Assembly: GCA_013115125.1 (NCBI GenBank)
Contig: JABANN010000075.1
Location: 60,320 to 80,319, forward strand
Direction: 5' to 3'
DNA length: 20,000 nt
From: Perkinsus olseni
Lineage: Eukaryota
Both the position numbers and the translations under genes were made by a program. Below are positions 1 to 10,763 of the stretch, piece by piece (within the stretch, counting starts at the first letter, position 1; each line of letters starts with the position of its first letter). Below the pieces are notes generated by a model. It saw only the letters and a program-made list of their open reading frames with translations. It had not been told where the DNA came from and made no database searches.

Positions 1-985
1 CATCGCTCTAGCCAAACGACCATGGATAGTGGATCCGCGGAACGTAGTAGGGGAATTATGAATGCCGCAGCTGCAACAGCCTTGGCATCCCTTCTTGACA
101 CCCATTCCATCTTAGCTAATGAGCCCTCGACCTCCTCCGCTATAGGACGGTATACGAAAAGTGAGGATTCTGCTGCTGCAGGCAGCGTAGCTACAAAGAC
201 TGTTGCTACTAAGCGGAATATGATCAATGGACAGTCGGTGATGGATACAACAAGCCCTATCATGTCCATCTTCAACTTCCCACAGAAGTTAGCAGAAGAC
301 CTAAACGGGACTCAGGTACATCCATTTCCTACTCTTTGACTATCGGGGTGGAATTGACAGCACATCATAGGCCCTGTAGTACAGTTCGTATTAAGCATTT
401 CAATGATTCGAACACTGACGTACTCCATAATTGCGGACAGCATTCTTTCACTCGATACTCCTACTGCACGGGCGTGCTCTTCCTCATGTCGGCCCGGACG
501 GGTATAGAAGAGGCTGGAGAGTTCACAGTAGCTCGCTTGCAGGGGGGCTTGTTAGCAATAACCAACCCTATATTTATGATGACCTCACGGAGACTTGAAA
601 GGGAGGGTGGAGGTGCGAATCCCTAAGAACCCGGCCGTTCTCATTTTCAGGATGGCTCCCTCTTGGAATACTCAGGAAATGCTGGTATGCTAATGGAACA
701 AGACCGTACAACAGCGGCTCACGTAATGCTGATGAACATGTTATACCCACATCACCCTCCCGTCGTTAGGTTCACTACACCTTGAATTTGATGCCGGCAC
801 GGTTTTCTGGTCCGTGTGGTTTGCGGCAGTTGCCTTTGAAAATTCCTAGACAGTTCTGGCCTGTCTGGTTAGCAAGGGCTCATCATCAGCTCATCCAAAT
901 GTACATTCGCCAGTCTAGTATAACAGACATCCCACTACCATCGTCGTCATCTTCCTTCTCGGCAGCGACAGGTGGTATCGGGTAA
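1..985 (+). CDS. Probable 3' part of an intron-containing hypothetical protein gene (product unknown, exon structure uncertain)
   Basis: Successive + strand open frames (22-339, 336-626, 782-985) are separated by donor/acceptor-like sites (CAG|GTACAT about 315, TTGACAG 360, TTTTCAG 650, GCTG|GTATGC about 684). No family motif recognised. Confidence 0.35.
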
Positions 986-1112
986 TATTTTTTCTTGCTG
1001 TTTCCTCTCCTTGCGTTCCGTCACATCCTGGGTATAACCCTGGGTTGAGCGAGCAGCGTTGGTCCTTTGCTGGTGGTAATATGTATGGTTTCAGCGTAGT
1101 TCTCCAGTGGCC

Positions 1113-2998
1113 ATGGACCCGTCCTCCACCTCCACTTCGGGGACGGAGAAGACCCTTCGCGACCTCAATGCTGCCTACCCTGATACTCGTGCAATGGATG
1201 AGATACTCAGATGTGAGCATGAAAACATTGACCACCTCCTGAACGTTGCACGGATGGTAATCATCATTGGTATAAGATCGTGACTTGGTATATAATAAGC
1301 AGGTTATCAGTGACCCTACCTCGGCCGACAACCAACACTTCACACGAGCGGTCATACAGTCCTTGTGTCGGATAACTTCGCACTTGCCTAATTCGACTCT
1401 AGAGGATTTTTCAGTACTGAGCTGGGGTACGGGCACCCAGGCGTACTCGAACTTCGCCAGATGCGCATGTTGGACCTGCTATCGCCGGCATCAGCACCAT
1501 CATCAGCGGATCTGGATCGACCATCACCGAGTGGGAATGGATGCCCAGCTGGATTAGAGGACGAGATCACTAGATTGCGGGTCAACCTGTCGGAGGTATC
1601 TGGGAGGCCTTGAGTCCCACACCAGCTGGAAGCTATTGAACGAGGCAGATCCATCAAGCCGCAGGAGAGTTTCTGGCCGCTGCCATGGACTTGGACCGAA
1701 TAGATGCCGATGGTCGTGGCGGAGCAGGCCCCCCACCGTAGGCTTTCTTCCATTACTCCCATCAACTAGATTGGATTGCAGGAGCCTCCGGAGTAGCCTA
1801 TCACGATGTGAACACTTTACTAAGATAGCTGAGCTCTATTTGGAAGGAGGTGATGATGTTTCTGCCGAATCATACATATCACGAGCTGCTATGATAGTAA
1901 GCTAGTAGCCATCGTATGTTACACCAGTTACACTTCTTCGTAGGTTCCGGACTTAGGCGATGATGATGTTGGACTTCAGTTGAGGTTCAAGGTATGCCAA
2001 GCCAGGATATTCGATGCGAGGAGGAAGTTCCTTGATGCTGCATACAAGTACGAGGTCTCCTATATCGGCACTACTGTCTCAGTCTAGGTTTATCCATCAG
2101 GTATTTGGAGGTAGCCCTGGGCCCGCACAGCTCCTCGATCGATGCCGACGATATATCACAGCTCCTTCTTGGAGCTGCTCGATGCGTTGTTTTGGCACCA
2201 GCGGGTCCAAAGAAGAGGCGTATACTACAGATGATAACTAGTGACTCTAGGTGAGATAATCGCTACTGATGCTACTGATCGATTCCGTGTATTCTCGTTG
2301 ATTATGTAGGTGTGAACAAGCTATACCGTCTTGCGAGTGGGACGTACTCACTAAGGTGAAGAATTTCAGGATTATATATCCAAGGGAGCTGAAAGAATTC
2401 GAGAAGGGGCTCAGTGAGCATCACCTGGCTCTGGGTCCTGACGGTAAGCAGGAGATGTCTATCATCAGCAGGCTCTCCATGTACGCTGGCTTACTCAGCA
2501 TCGAACATGGTCCGCTCTAGCATGTTCACGTGCTCAACATTCATTATTCTCCCTTCTTCAGGTATGACCGTTCTCTCTCGTGCCATAACAGAGCACAACA
2601 TAGTAGCCATATCTCATTTGTACAGCAATATATCCCTATCGCGACTGGGGGGCATTCTCGACGAAACACCAGCTCAAGTAGAGATACTAGCATCAAATAT
2701 GATTGCTGAGGAGAGGCTGAAAGTGAGTGGGACATATTCGTGTTATGCGGTTATAAGTCTTGGCCACTATTATACCCGTATGTGTAGGCCAGAATAGACC
2801 AGCTCTCCCAATACATGCTGTTCGATGAGTTTGACTCCGACGCGAAGTCTGTATCAGGATGGGCAAGGAATGTAGGACCATCGTGTTCAGCTGCCTTCCT
2901 ACGTTCAGTAATCCTATTAGTTACGGGGGCTGTGCAGCAGTATCGACGGTACAAGCAACGCCATTGTCGATATTGCTATTGCAGCGGGCCGGAGATGA
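1113..2998 (+). CDS. CSN4: COP9 signalosome complex subunit 4 (PCI domain), multi-exon
   Basis: Spliced translation: MDPSSTSTSG...VARM|VISDP...HLPNSTLEDFS|...KIAELYLEGGDDVSAESYISRAA|...LRFKVCQARIFDARRKFLDAAYKY...CVVLAPAGPKKRRIL...LSRAITEHNIVAISHLYSNISLSRLGGIL...ASNMIAEERL|ARIDQ...AAGRR*. These segments match CSN4 hallmarks (KIARLYLEDDD, VCYARVLDYRRKF, RAVIEHNLLSASKLYNNI). First intron 1257-1302; stop TGA 2996-2998. Confidence 0.93.
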
Positions 2999-3608
2999 TG
3001 GCGATGCTGATCTCAGAGACTTTGTGCTTGAGTACTTCTCTTATTCTCATCGACCTATTTCTCATCGAGCCTTTGTCGTGCTAAGTTAATTGCATCATTG
3101 TCCGCACTGCTCAGGACTGTGGCCTAGTTCCTAAGCGCTCTACTCCTATTTCTCATAGCCTAGCTGTCGTCTTATGGCTGCATCACATTCTACTACTGCA
3201 TCTCTATCATCCAGGCCCACCCTGGTCACCTGATGTTCAATAGGATTCGACGACGTGCGTTTCCATGCTGCGCTCAGGGTAAGTGAGGCTGCCCCCAACC
3301 CCTTCTCTGGGCGAGCCCGTATGCAACCGCTCAAGCACTCTTGTTCCGATGCATCGTGCACCGGTCGCATTCTTTCCGCTCAAAATCTGATGATCGATGT
3401 TGAATCTGCGCGTGCCAACTACTCGGAATTCTGTTCAGTTTCTGCGCACTTTACCCTGCCCTATCATGAGTTTACTTCTGCCTCACCTGCTGGACTCAGG
3501 CACGCTTCTTGACTTCGACGCTCACTCCTTGGTCGTCCGTCGTGCTTGGTGATGGCCCGCTGGTACCGCCTCTCTCATGGCGGTCTCGTTGGTTTCCCGT
3601 CGTTTAAT

Positions 3609-4788
3609 ATGGACTATACCAGGACCCAAAATCATCCGCCGCAACAAGAAGTATTCCTGCAGGGGGGAAATACTCTTCGATCTGCCTCGATTGAGACTCA
3701 CTGCCTTTCAGGGTTACATGGCGACTGTGATAGGCAGCCCCATTGCCCAGGCCAGCGTTGTTGATGGTATGCAGGTGGTAGCTGGCTTGAAGAGGGTACA
3801 AGCCTTCGCTAGCCTCTCTGAGACTGAGGGTTCGGTCCTCAGGTACAAGTTCGCGAGCTGCGTCAGATGTTAGAAGCAATCACGGGCTTTGAGCAACGCA
3901 ACAAGTAGAGATACTTCCGTTTAGTGTTAACCAATGACGATAACTTCAGGTGTATCGTGAAGGATGAGGCGGGCCGAGAGCTCTTCTATGCTGTTGAGGA
4001 GTCTAATGCGTGTGAGAGGAACTGTTATCCCCCGGACTGTGCTCCATGGGATTTACATATTTATGTATTGGGGCGGCCCAAAGGGTAGGCCATCCTGCAG
4101 CACGGCTGCACCCAACGTACGTGTGGCCTGACAGATTACAGGGAGACCTCATCCATTGGCTCACCGTGCATCGTCCGTGTACCTGCACGTGCCTCTGTGC
4201 CAATCGACCAGTAGCATACGTAACCGAGACGTCGACTGATCAGTGAGCCCATCCGAGACGCTCCATTGAATGCGCATATCCTGCTAGGTTGTTGGGTACT
4301 CTACACGATCCCTATGCATGCTGTGATCTCACGTTCAAGATTAAAGATGCTGCCGGTAATGACGTCATAACAGGAGTCGGAGGATGCTGCCAATGGGGAA
4401 TGTGTTTCCCTCTGCCGTGCGGCCCTTGTCACCACATTGGTCTGCAACTATCCGATTCGATGTGAGTGTTGCAGCTCCACCTCGGGGGGTCATCTTGTTC
4501 ATGTCTCAGGAATAATTTCGAAGTTGGTAAAATTGATAAGTACTGGATGTGGGGTGACTGTTGCCCAATCTGTTTCAAGGTGAGAGGTCGTGACTGATCA
4601 GCTGATTGATGGCTTCTCATCAGGAGCAAGATAACTATTGGATCACATTCGGGGAAGTTGAAAACCCCCGCTGGAAGGCTCTGCTGTTGGCTTTGGGAAT
4701 ATTTATGGACTTTAGGTAACTCCGCTGATTCCGTGCCTCGTTCAAGGTACACCTTTCGAGGTACTTCACCCAGCGGAATCAGGCCTGA
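3609..4788 (+). CDS. Phospholipid scramblase (PLSCR family), multi-exon
   Basis: Segments LEAITGFEQRNK|YIVKDEAGRELFYAVEESNACERNC, HRPCTCTCLCANRP, GCCQWGMCFPLPCGPC, VGKIDKYW and DNYWITF...KALLLALGIFMDFRYF are typical of the Cys-rich scramblase family. The start (ATG 3609) and last acceptor are tentative. Confidence 0.88.
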
Positions 4789-5275
4789 AGATGGACGATG
4801 ACCTGCTCGTCGAAGATGGACGAGCAAATGAGTGCCTGGGCCATTTCACCACCTCCGTGTGTTATAACCTCATGTCCTTCATTGACGTACCGTCAGCGGT
4901 AATTCCAACCAGCTAAAGATTTGATAGCTTTATTGAGTTGAAGGATTCATGGGCGGCGTTTGATATGTTCCGAAGCCAGCGATAACGGTCATAGCACGTG
5001 AGTAGGGTCAGACCATTCATTGAGACGGTAGATCGCTATCATCCTACGCGTATATTTGGGCAAGTACGGCCAGGCTGGCCGTAAGGTACGGCCGAGCCTG
5101 CTTTCTCTATTATGTGATGAGTTTGGCTCTGATGACACGAGCTCGGTAGCCAGGCGATTGCCTTCTGCCTTCTCATCGCAGCGGGTGGTCGGTGGTGATG
5201 GTGGCGATTAATGGTGTCTGCTACTCGATATCGACCCCGTGAGTTGAGTCCTGAGTTCAGTGTGGCTAGTGGTAA

Positions 5276-6706
5276 ATGCCGGCCTCACACTCTACCATAG
5301 CCACTCAATCTCCCACACCTTTCTCTCACAGCGTTATCGCAGGGGGCGTTGCAGGCATGGCTGAGCTAACTGCTATGTAAGTACTTGGTAGAATCACTCT
5401 TGATGGACGCCATGCCCGCTGTCGTGACGCCCCTATGGAGTCCTTGTAGAGCTGAGATGATTCTCATGTGAAGTGAGTGTAGGTACCCCCTCGACGTTGT
5501 TAAGACGAGGGCTATGGCAGCGACAGGCCGTCAAGAAAACATGTTTATGGTATTGCGTAAAGCATGCTGCGAATCGCTCATTAATTCTCTCCCTCTACCT
5601 AGGTGCTGGGCAGGGCCCTGAAGAATGAGCGTATTCGTATATATCGCGGTATGCTCTTCCCTCTTCTCTCTGAAACACCCAAACGAGCTCTCAAGTTTTC
5701 GACCAATTCCCAGTTACGAGATAGTTTTGGAAGGTCGGAGGACACTCGTCAGATCTCCCGCGGCCTCTTAGTTGTTCAGGCTCGGGTACTCCGGTCAAAC
5801 TCTAGCATTGATGAGTGGTGTGGGAGCTGGCATATGCGAGGGTGCCATTGTATGCTCACCGGAGCTTGTTAAGATACGCATGCAGTTGCCCGAGAATAGA
5901 GGCCTCTACTCGTCGAGTATACAGGTGTGTTATTATGAACTTCTTTGGGTAACTCTGCTGATACAATATAACAGACGGCTAGCACGATTATTCGGCATGA
6001 GGGAGCTGCTGCGCTTTTTACTGGCTTTTGGTGCACACTGCTCAGAAATGCTTGCTGGAATGGTGAGGAATGGTGCCCCTAGCTGCTGAGGTATGAGCTG
6101 CTCAGGGACATACTTTGGGAGTATCTTTGCCATCAAGTCGGCCCTATCCTCATCAACGGGGGATGCCAAGTCCCTCAATTTCATTGCCGGTACGATTAAA
6201 TTCCCTGCTTTCAAGAATGCTTTCTCGGCGAGACCCACCAAATCCGAATTTTCCAAACGCATGCTGCTCTCAATTCGAGACTTTCTCAGGGACTATCGCC
6301 GGCTCACTTGGGTGCTGCGTTAACACGCCGCTCGATGTTGTCAAGACGAGGATGCAGAACCTGTCGGCTCTGAAACAAGCTCGGCCTGCAGATGCAGAGA
6401 AGCTCTCAGCAGTACGCATGAGAGGTGTTACCGGAGATGCTGGTTTCGCATTGCCATCGTTAGGTGCCAATACGCACAGTTCCTTTGTTGCTTCACATTG
6501 CACGAACAGAAGGGGTGGGTTTACTTCAACAACAGCAACTGCACGAACGCGTGGCATCAGTAAACATCACGCAGGTTATGTCCCTTTGGAAGGGCTTAGC
6601 ACCCAAGATACTCCGCCTGGGACCTGGCGGCGGCATAATGTTGGTGGTCTACGAGCAAGTCACAGACTATTTAGCCAGTCTGACATCTAATGCGGTTATC
6701 CGATAG
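5276..6706 (+). CDS. Mitochondrial carrier (SLC25), 2-oxodicarboxylate carrier ODC/SLC25A21-like, multi-exon
   Basis: Three PX[DE]XX[KR]X[RK] signatures (MYPLDVVKTR, SPELVKIRMQ, TPLDVVKTRMQ), plus ETPKRALKF and LWKGLAPKILRLGPGGGIMLVVYE, which resemble ODC-type carriers. First intron 5377-5482. Confidence 0.88.
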
Positions 6707-6960
6707 CAAAGAGCCACCCGTGACAATTTTTTCATCCATGTCTAGCCTTGTTGTTTTCCACGTTCGATACCGGCGATAGGCCTCTACATTTCAGTGCCTC
6801 TACGTTATTGATATTCGCGGGCCGGCCATAAGGCGTTGACTACCCAGCCTCCAGCTCAAACGTGAATAGTGCATCCGCTTCATGTCGAGACCTTATTCAT
6901 ATTCTCATCAGCAGTTTGCCTATCAATCTGCCTGTTCTATCTGGTATTGCTTCAATCTTC

Positions 6961-9101
6961 ATGTCTGCTGCGTCCGAACTGCATAGGGTTATACCCAAAA
7001 GCCTGGTCGCAGCTCGAACCACAAATCCAATTAGGTGATCCAACTTGCAGACACGTAAAACGTTGAACTCTCTGTATTAGGAGGATAGTTGACCAGTTGA
7101 AGGTGAAGCCTAATCCCAATCTGGAGACTATCCCAGTAGGTCTCTGTACACTAGCCTCTCGCTACACATTACCCTTGTAGCTTTCAATCGGGGATCCGAC
7201 GGTCTATGGTAACTTCAGAGCTCCGCAGCATGTTATCGATAATGTCTTACGCGACAATCTGAGGTGAGAGAAGTCTGCTGGCAATACCACATCCTATCAC
7301 CTCCACCACTCACTCATCATTTAATTGTGGCAAGCTGGAGTTCAACGCGCTCAGTTGGCAGGGTGTCTCAGGTCTTTTGCCTATAATGGATATCCTCATT
7401 CGTGTGGGTACGCTGCAGCTCGGCAAGCAGTAGCTGATGAAAACTTCGTGCACCCGAGTACTGGAATACCTTACCTAAAAAACTACGTTAGTTGATCACG
7501 CCTCAGACCATCCTCCACCTACCACGGATGACGTTGTCATGACGTGCGGGGCAAGTCAGGTGATTGGACGGTCGAGAGTAGTTCTGTTAATCATGCTCCT
7601 TCGATGCAGGCCATTGACATGGCTGTTGCCGCCCTTGCGAACCCGAATGGAGAGGATACTATATTATTGCCTCAACCAGCCTTCCCATTATATAGTTACT
7701 GCATCCGCTCCCTTTCATTCACTTGAATACATCCGTGCGTGACGTGGTTCAGATACCCTGTGCTCTTCCAGAGGCATAAACGTTGATTTTTATAAACTAC
7801 GCAGCGATAGAAAATTCGAGGTGGTTGGGAGCGATGAATTGCTTCGCTCGTGAGTCTGTCCAGCTTTAGGTTGATATTACTTCGCTGCAACATTGTTTGG
7901 AAGCTAACGGATCTAAGGCTAGGGGTGTCCTCCTGAATAATCCGAGCAACCCTTGTGGCAGTAACTGGACTCGTGAACATATACAGGATATAGTTGCTCT
8001 CTGCAAAGAGTAAGGCGATTTGCTGAGTCCCGCTACCGCTCATGTGAGTGCATGCTTTTCCGAACAACTCACTTCTTGGGGAAACCATACATTCACTGTT
8101 GTGAAGTTGAACTCAGGTACGGGGATATACCGATCATCGCCGATGAGATCTATCACGACATGGTGATCAGTGGGATGTTGTCCTTGCCATTATTCTCCGT
8201 TCCGTTTCAGTCGTTTGATGGACTGCCAGTCACCCCCTTCGCCTCCGTCTCTGATACTGTACCGATTCTCTCAATTGGGGGCATTGCTAAACGGTGAGAT
8301 CGGTTTCTGAACCGGTTGTGTCTTCGTCCAGCCCACTCGGTTTCGAACCGCCCATTTGACGTTATTGTGTAGATTCATGGTCCCCGGTTGGAGAGTCGGC
8401 TGGATTTGCCTTCACGACAGAGGTACCAAGAGAGCACCACCGCCTATTTTGCTCATAGCTCTTCCTGATCAGGCGAGGTCTTGGGAGATATCCGCCAAGG
8501 CCTGCATGACCTTTCAACACTCACCTTGGGGCCGGCGAGTCTGCTCCAATCAGCGGTTCGTTTCCAGAGGATTGTCTACGCCGTAGGCGAAGTGTGGTCA
8601 GGTACCCAGCTTATTGAAGGAGACCCCGGCATCTTACCACAACAACAATAAGAAGATGGTGAGCACTTATCTCCACCATTCGGCACAATGTCAGAAGTGA
8701 ATTTGTCAGCTTCTTGAGAATTCGAGAATGATAATGGACACACTCATGGATGTACCTGGTCTCAACATTGTGGAGCCGCAGGTGGACTCTCGTGCTTGCC
8801 GAGCGTCGCAGAATGAGTCCCCGTCAGGCGGCTATGTACGTAATGGTCGGGATCGACACTGGTATAATTGACGTTGAAGATGACATCAACTTCAGCAGGT
8901 GGGTGTGTGCCGTTGATAAGTTCTCGACGGTCCAGTCTGAGTAGGCTGCTACTGGAAGAACAAGCTGTTTTCGTACTTCCTGGCCAGTGCTTCCAACTGA
9001 AGAACTTCTTTCGAATTGTTATCACTCCGCCCAAGGATAAGATCGCCGAAGCTTGTTCCCGTATACGACAATTCTGTCACAATCACCGAAGATCTCGATG
9101 A
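6961..9101 (+). CDS. TAT: Tyrosine aminotransferase (PLP-dependent class I), multi-exon
   Basis: TTNPIR, LSIGDPTVYGNF, YNGYPHSCGYAAARQAVA, DDVVMTCGASQAI, NNPSNPCGSNW, IIADEIY, the PLP-lysine motif SIGGIAKRFMVPGWRVGW, and EEQAVFVLPGQCF...RIRQFCHNH. Stop 9099-9101. Confidence 0.93.
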
Positions 9102-9601
9102 GCTAGCCACGAGAGCATATCAGAGCATATCACGGTGTTGCATATGAGATAAGCTGAACGTTCGATCCGACATGTATCAGACAGACGCTTGTCTAGCGTG
9201 TGCAATATATTGTAGACTGTTTCATGAACGCGGGTGATGTTCGTGGTGTTACAGTTAGAGTCGGGCATTATACGCAACAAAACTCGTCAATAAGTTACGC
9301 AATCATCACCGTGCCTTAAATGGCGAAGTTTCATCAACTTCGCGGGTGCCACGCTACTGGCGTTGAGTCACCATCCTCAATTAACCAAAGCTGAGCTTTA
9401 AACGCATAAGTACCAATACAGATGACTTTATCTATCACTTCACAACTCAACAAAGCAATTATATAACAATTGTTGTTATCAGGAGCGGCAATACCGTCTG
9501 AAATAAGCGCATTACCGACACATAATTCAGCATCTCTATCATCACTCTGTTACTGCAGCAGCCGTCAGAAAAGTATCGACAGCAAACCACCCGGAAGAGC
9601 C

Positions 9602-10487
9602 CTAGTTGGCTCCACCCTCTGCACCACCATCCTGATCAGAGGTCCACAAGGTAAGGTTATCACGCAGCAGCTGCATGATCAGAGTAGAATCCTTGTAGCT
9701 GTCCTCGCTGACATTGTCGAGCTCAGCGATAGCATCCTCGAAGCTCTGTCTGGCCATCTTGCAAGCCTCGTCAGGTTGGTTGAGAACTTCATAGTAGAAG
9801 ACAGAGAAGTTGAGGGCTAACCCCAAACGGATGGGATGGGTAACAAGGAGTTCCTTCTGGGCGATGGAAGTGGCTTCCTTATAAGCCTGATAAGCATCAT
9901 CAGCAGCTTTGCTCTTAGTATCACCAGAACTGAATTCGGCGATGTAACGATAATAGTCGCCCTTCATTTTATAATAGAAGACCTGTGACTCGCCGGACTT
10001 GGAAGAAGGAATTAGGTACTTGTCGAGGAGGGCCAGAATCTTATCGCATATCTCTTGCAATTCAGCTTCGACCTTCTCCCTGTAGCCCTTGGCGATGTCG
10101 GCATTAGTAGTGTTGCCTTTGCTTGACTCCTTCTGCTCAACTGAAGAGACGATTCTCCATGAAGCTCTGCGGGAGCCAACGGCGTTCTTGTAGGCGACCG
10201 AAAGCAGGTTGCGTTCCTACAAACGAGAAAATGAAGAGCGATCGTTAGGCAACAATAACGATGGGTTCAACCGATTGGAAAGGAATAGCAGGGCAGCACG
10301 TTGACTCATTAAATCTTTCTTGACGAGATGAATTCGCGCTTGATACTGCAGCCTGACGCCCTACTTCAACACTGAGCTCACTGCCAGTCTCGGCGACTGC
10401 CTTCATGTAGTCCGCCATCTCGTCGTAACGCTCGGCCTGCTCGGCTAGCTTGCTGATATACACGTTCTTCTCACGCTCCTCGGCCAT
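9602..10487 (-). CDS. 14-3-3 protein, 2 exons (10487-10365, 10216-9602), 245 aa
   Basis: [82 protein letters not shown]. Single GT-AG intron 10217-10364. Confidence 0.98.
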
Positions 10488-10763
10488 ATTTAGTTGGGGG
10501 AACGATTAACCAAAGTCTATCTAAGAAGGGCATCGTGCACGATGGGTCGGCCAAAGCCAAGACACTCATACACAGTGCCATCGACATCAGCCATTCGACC
10601 ACCCTTAAGACGACGAACAATGACGCGGCGCAATCTTGCGACCCAAAAATAAGGAAATGCAAGACGACGCTAGAATTCAAGTGCCGGCGCGACTTGCGTC
10701 CTTCCATTTCCTGAAGCTCTTGAGATGCCAGACAGGAAGTAGTTAGATTTTTTTGCGTATCAA
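10488..10763. promoter_or_regulatory. Short divergent intergenic region (putative bidirectional promoter) between 14-3-3 and PLAA, with a putative splice acceptor CTTCTTAG (minus, AG at 10522-10521)
   Basis: Head-to-head ATGs at 10487 (-) and 10764 (+), 276 nt apart. Two blocks of this region are conserved in a second copy at about 18543-18726. Confidence 0.55.

Noticed and set aside
915-1765. Long minus-strand ORFs (173 aa and 125 aa)
   Set aside because: They are antisense shadows of CSN4 exons with no recognisable motifs.
3054-3170. Imperfect direct repeat CCTATTTCTCAT..AGCCT..TGTCGT
   Set aside because: Only two short pyrimidine-rich copies, likely acceptor-tract composition or trivial local slippage.
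5114-5140. GTGATGA...CTGATGA as a C/D snoRNA or hammerhead core
   Set aside because: There is no terminal stem with a suitably placed D box, and no GAAA or stem II for a hammerhead.
6115-6690. 191-aa ORF as an independent gene
   Set aside because: It is a read-through of carrier exons and introns; only the TPLDVVKTRMQ exon is in the real frame.
9470-9820. Plus-strand 116-aa ORF
   Set aside because: It is the antisense frame of the 14-3-3 coding sequence.
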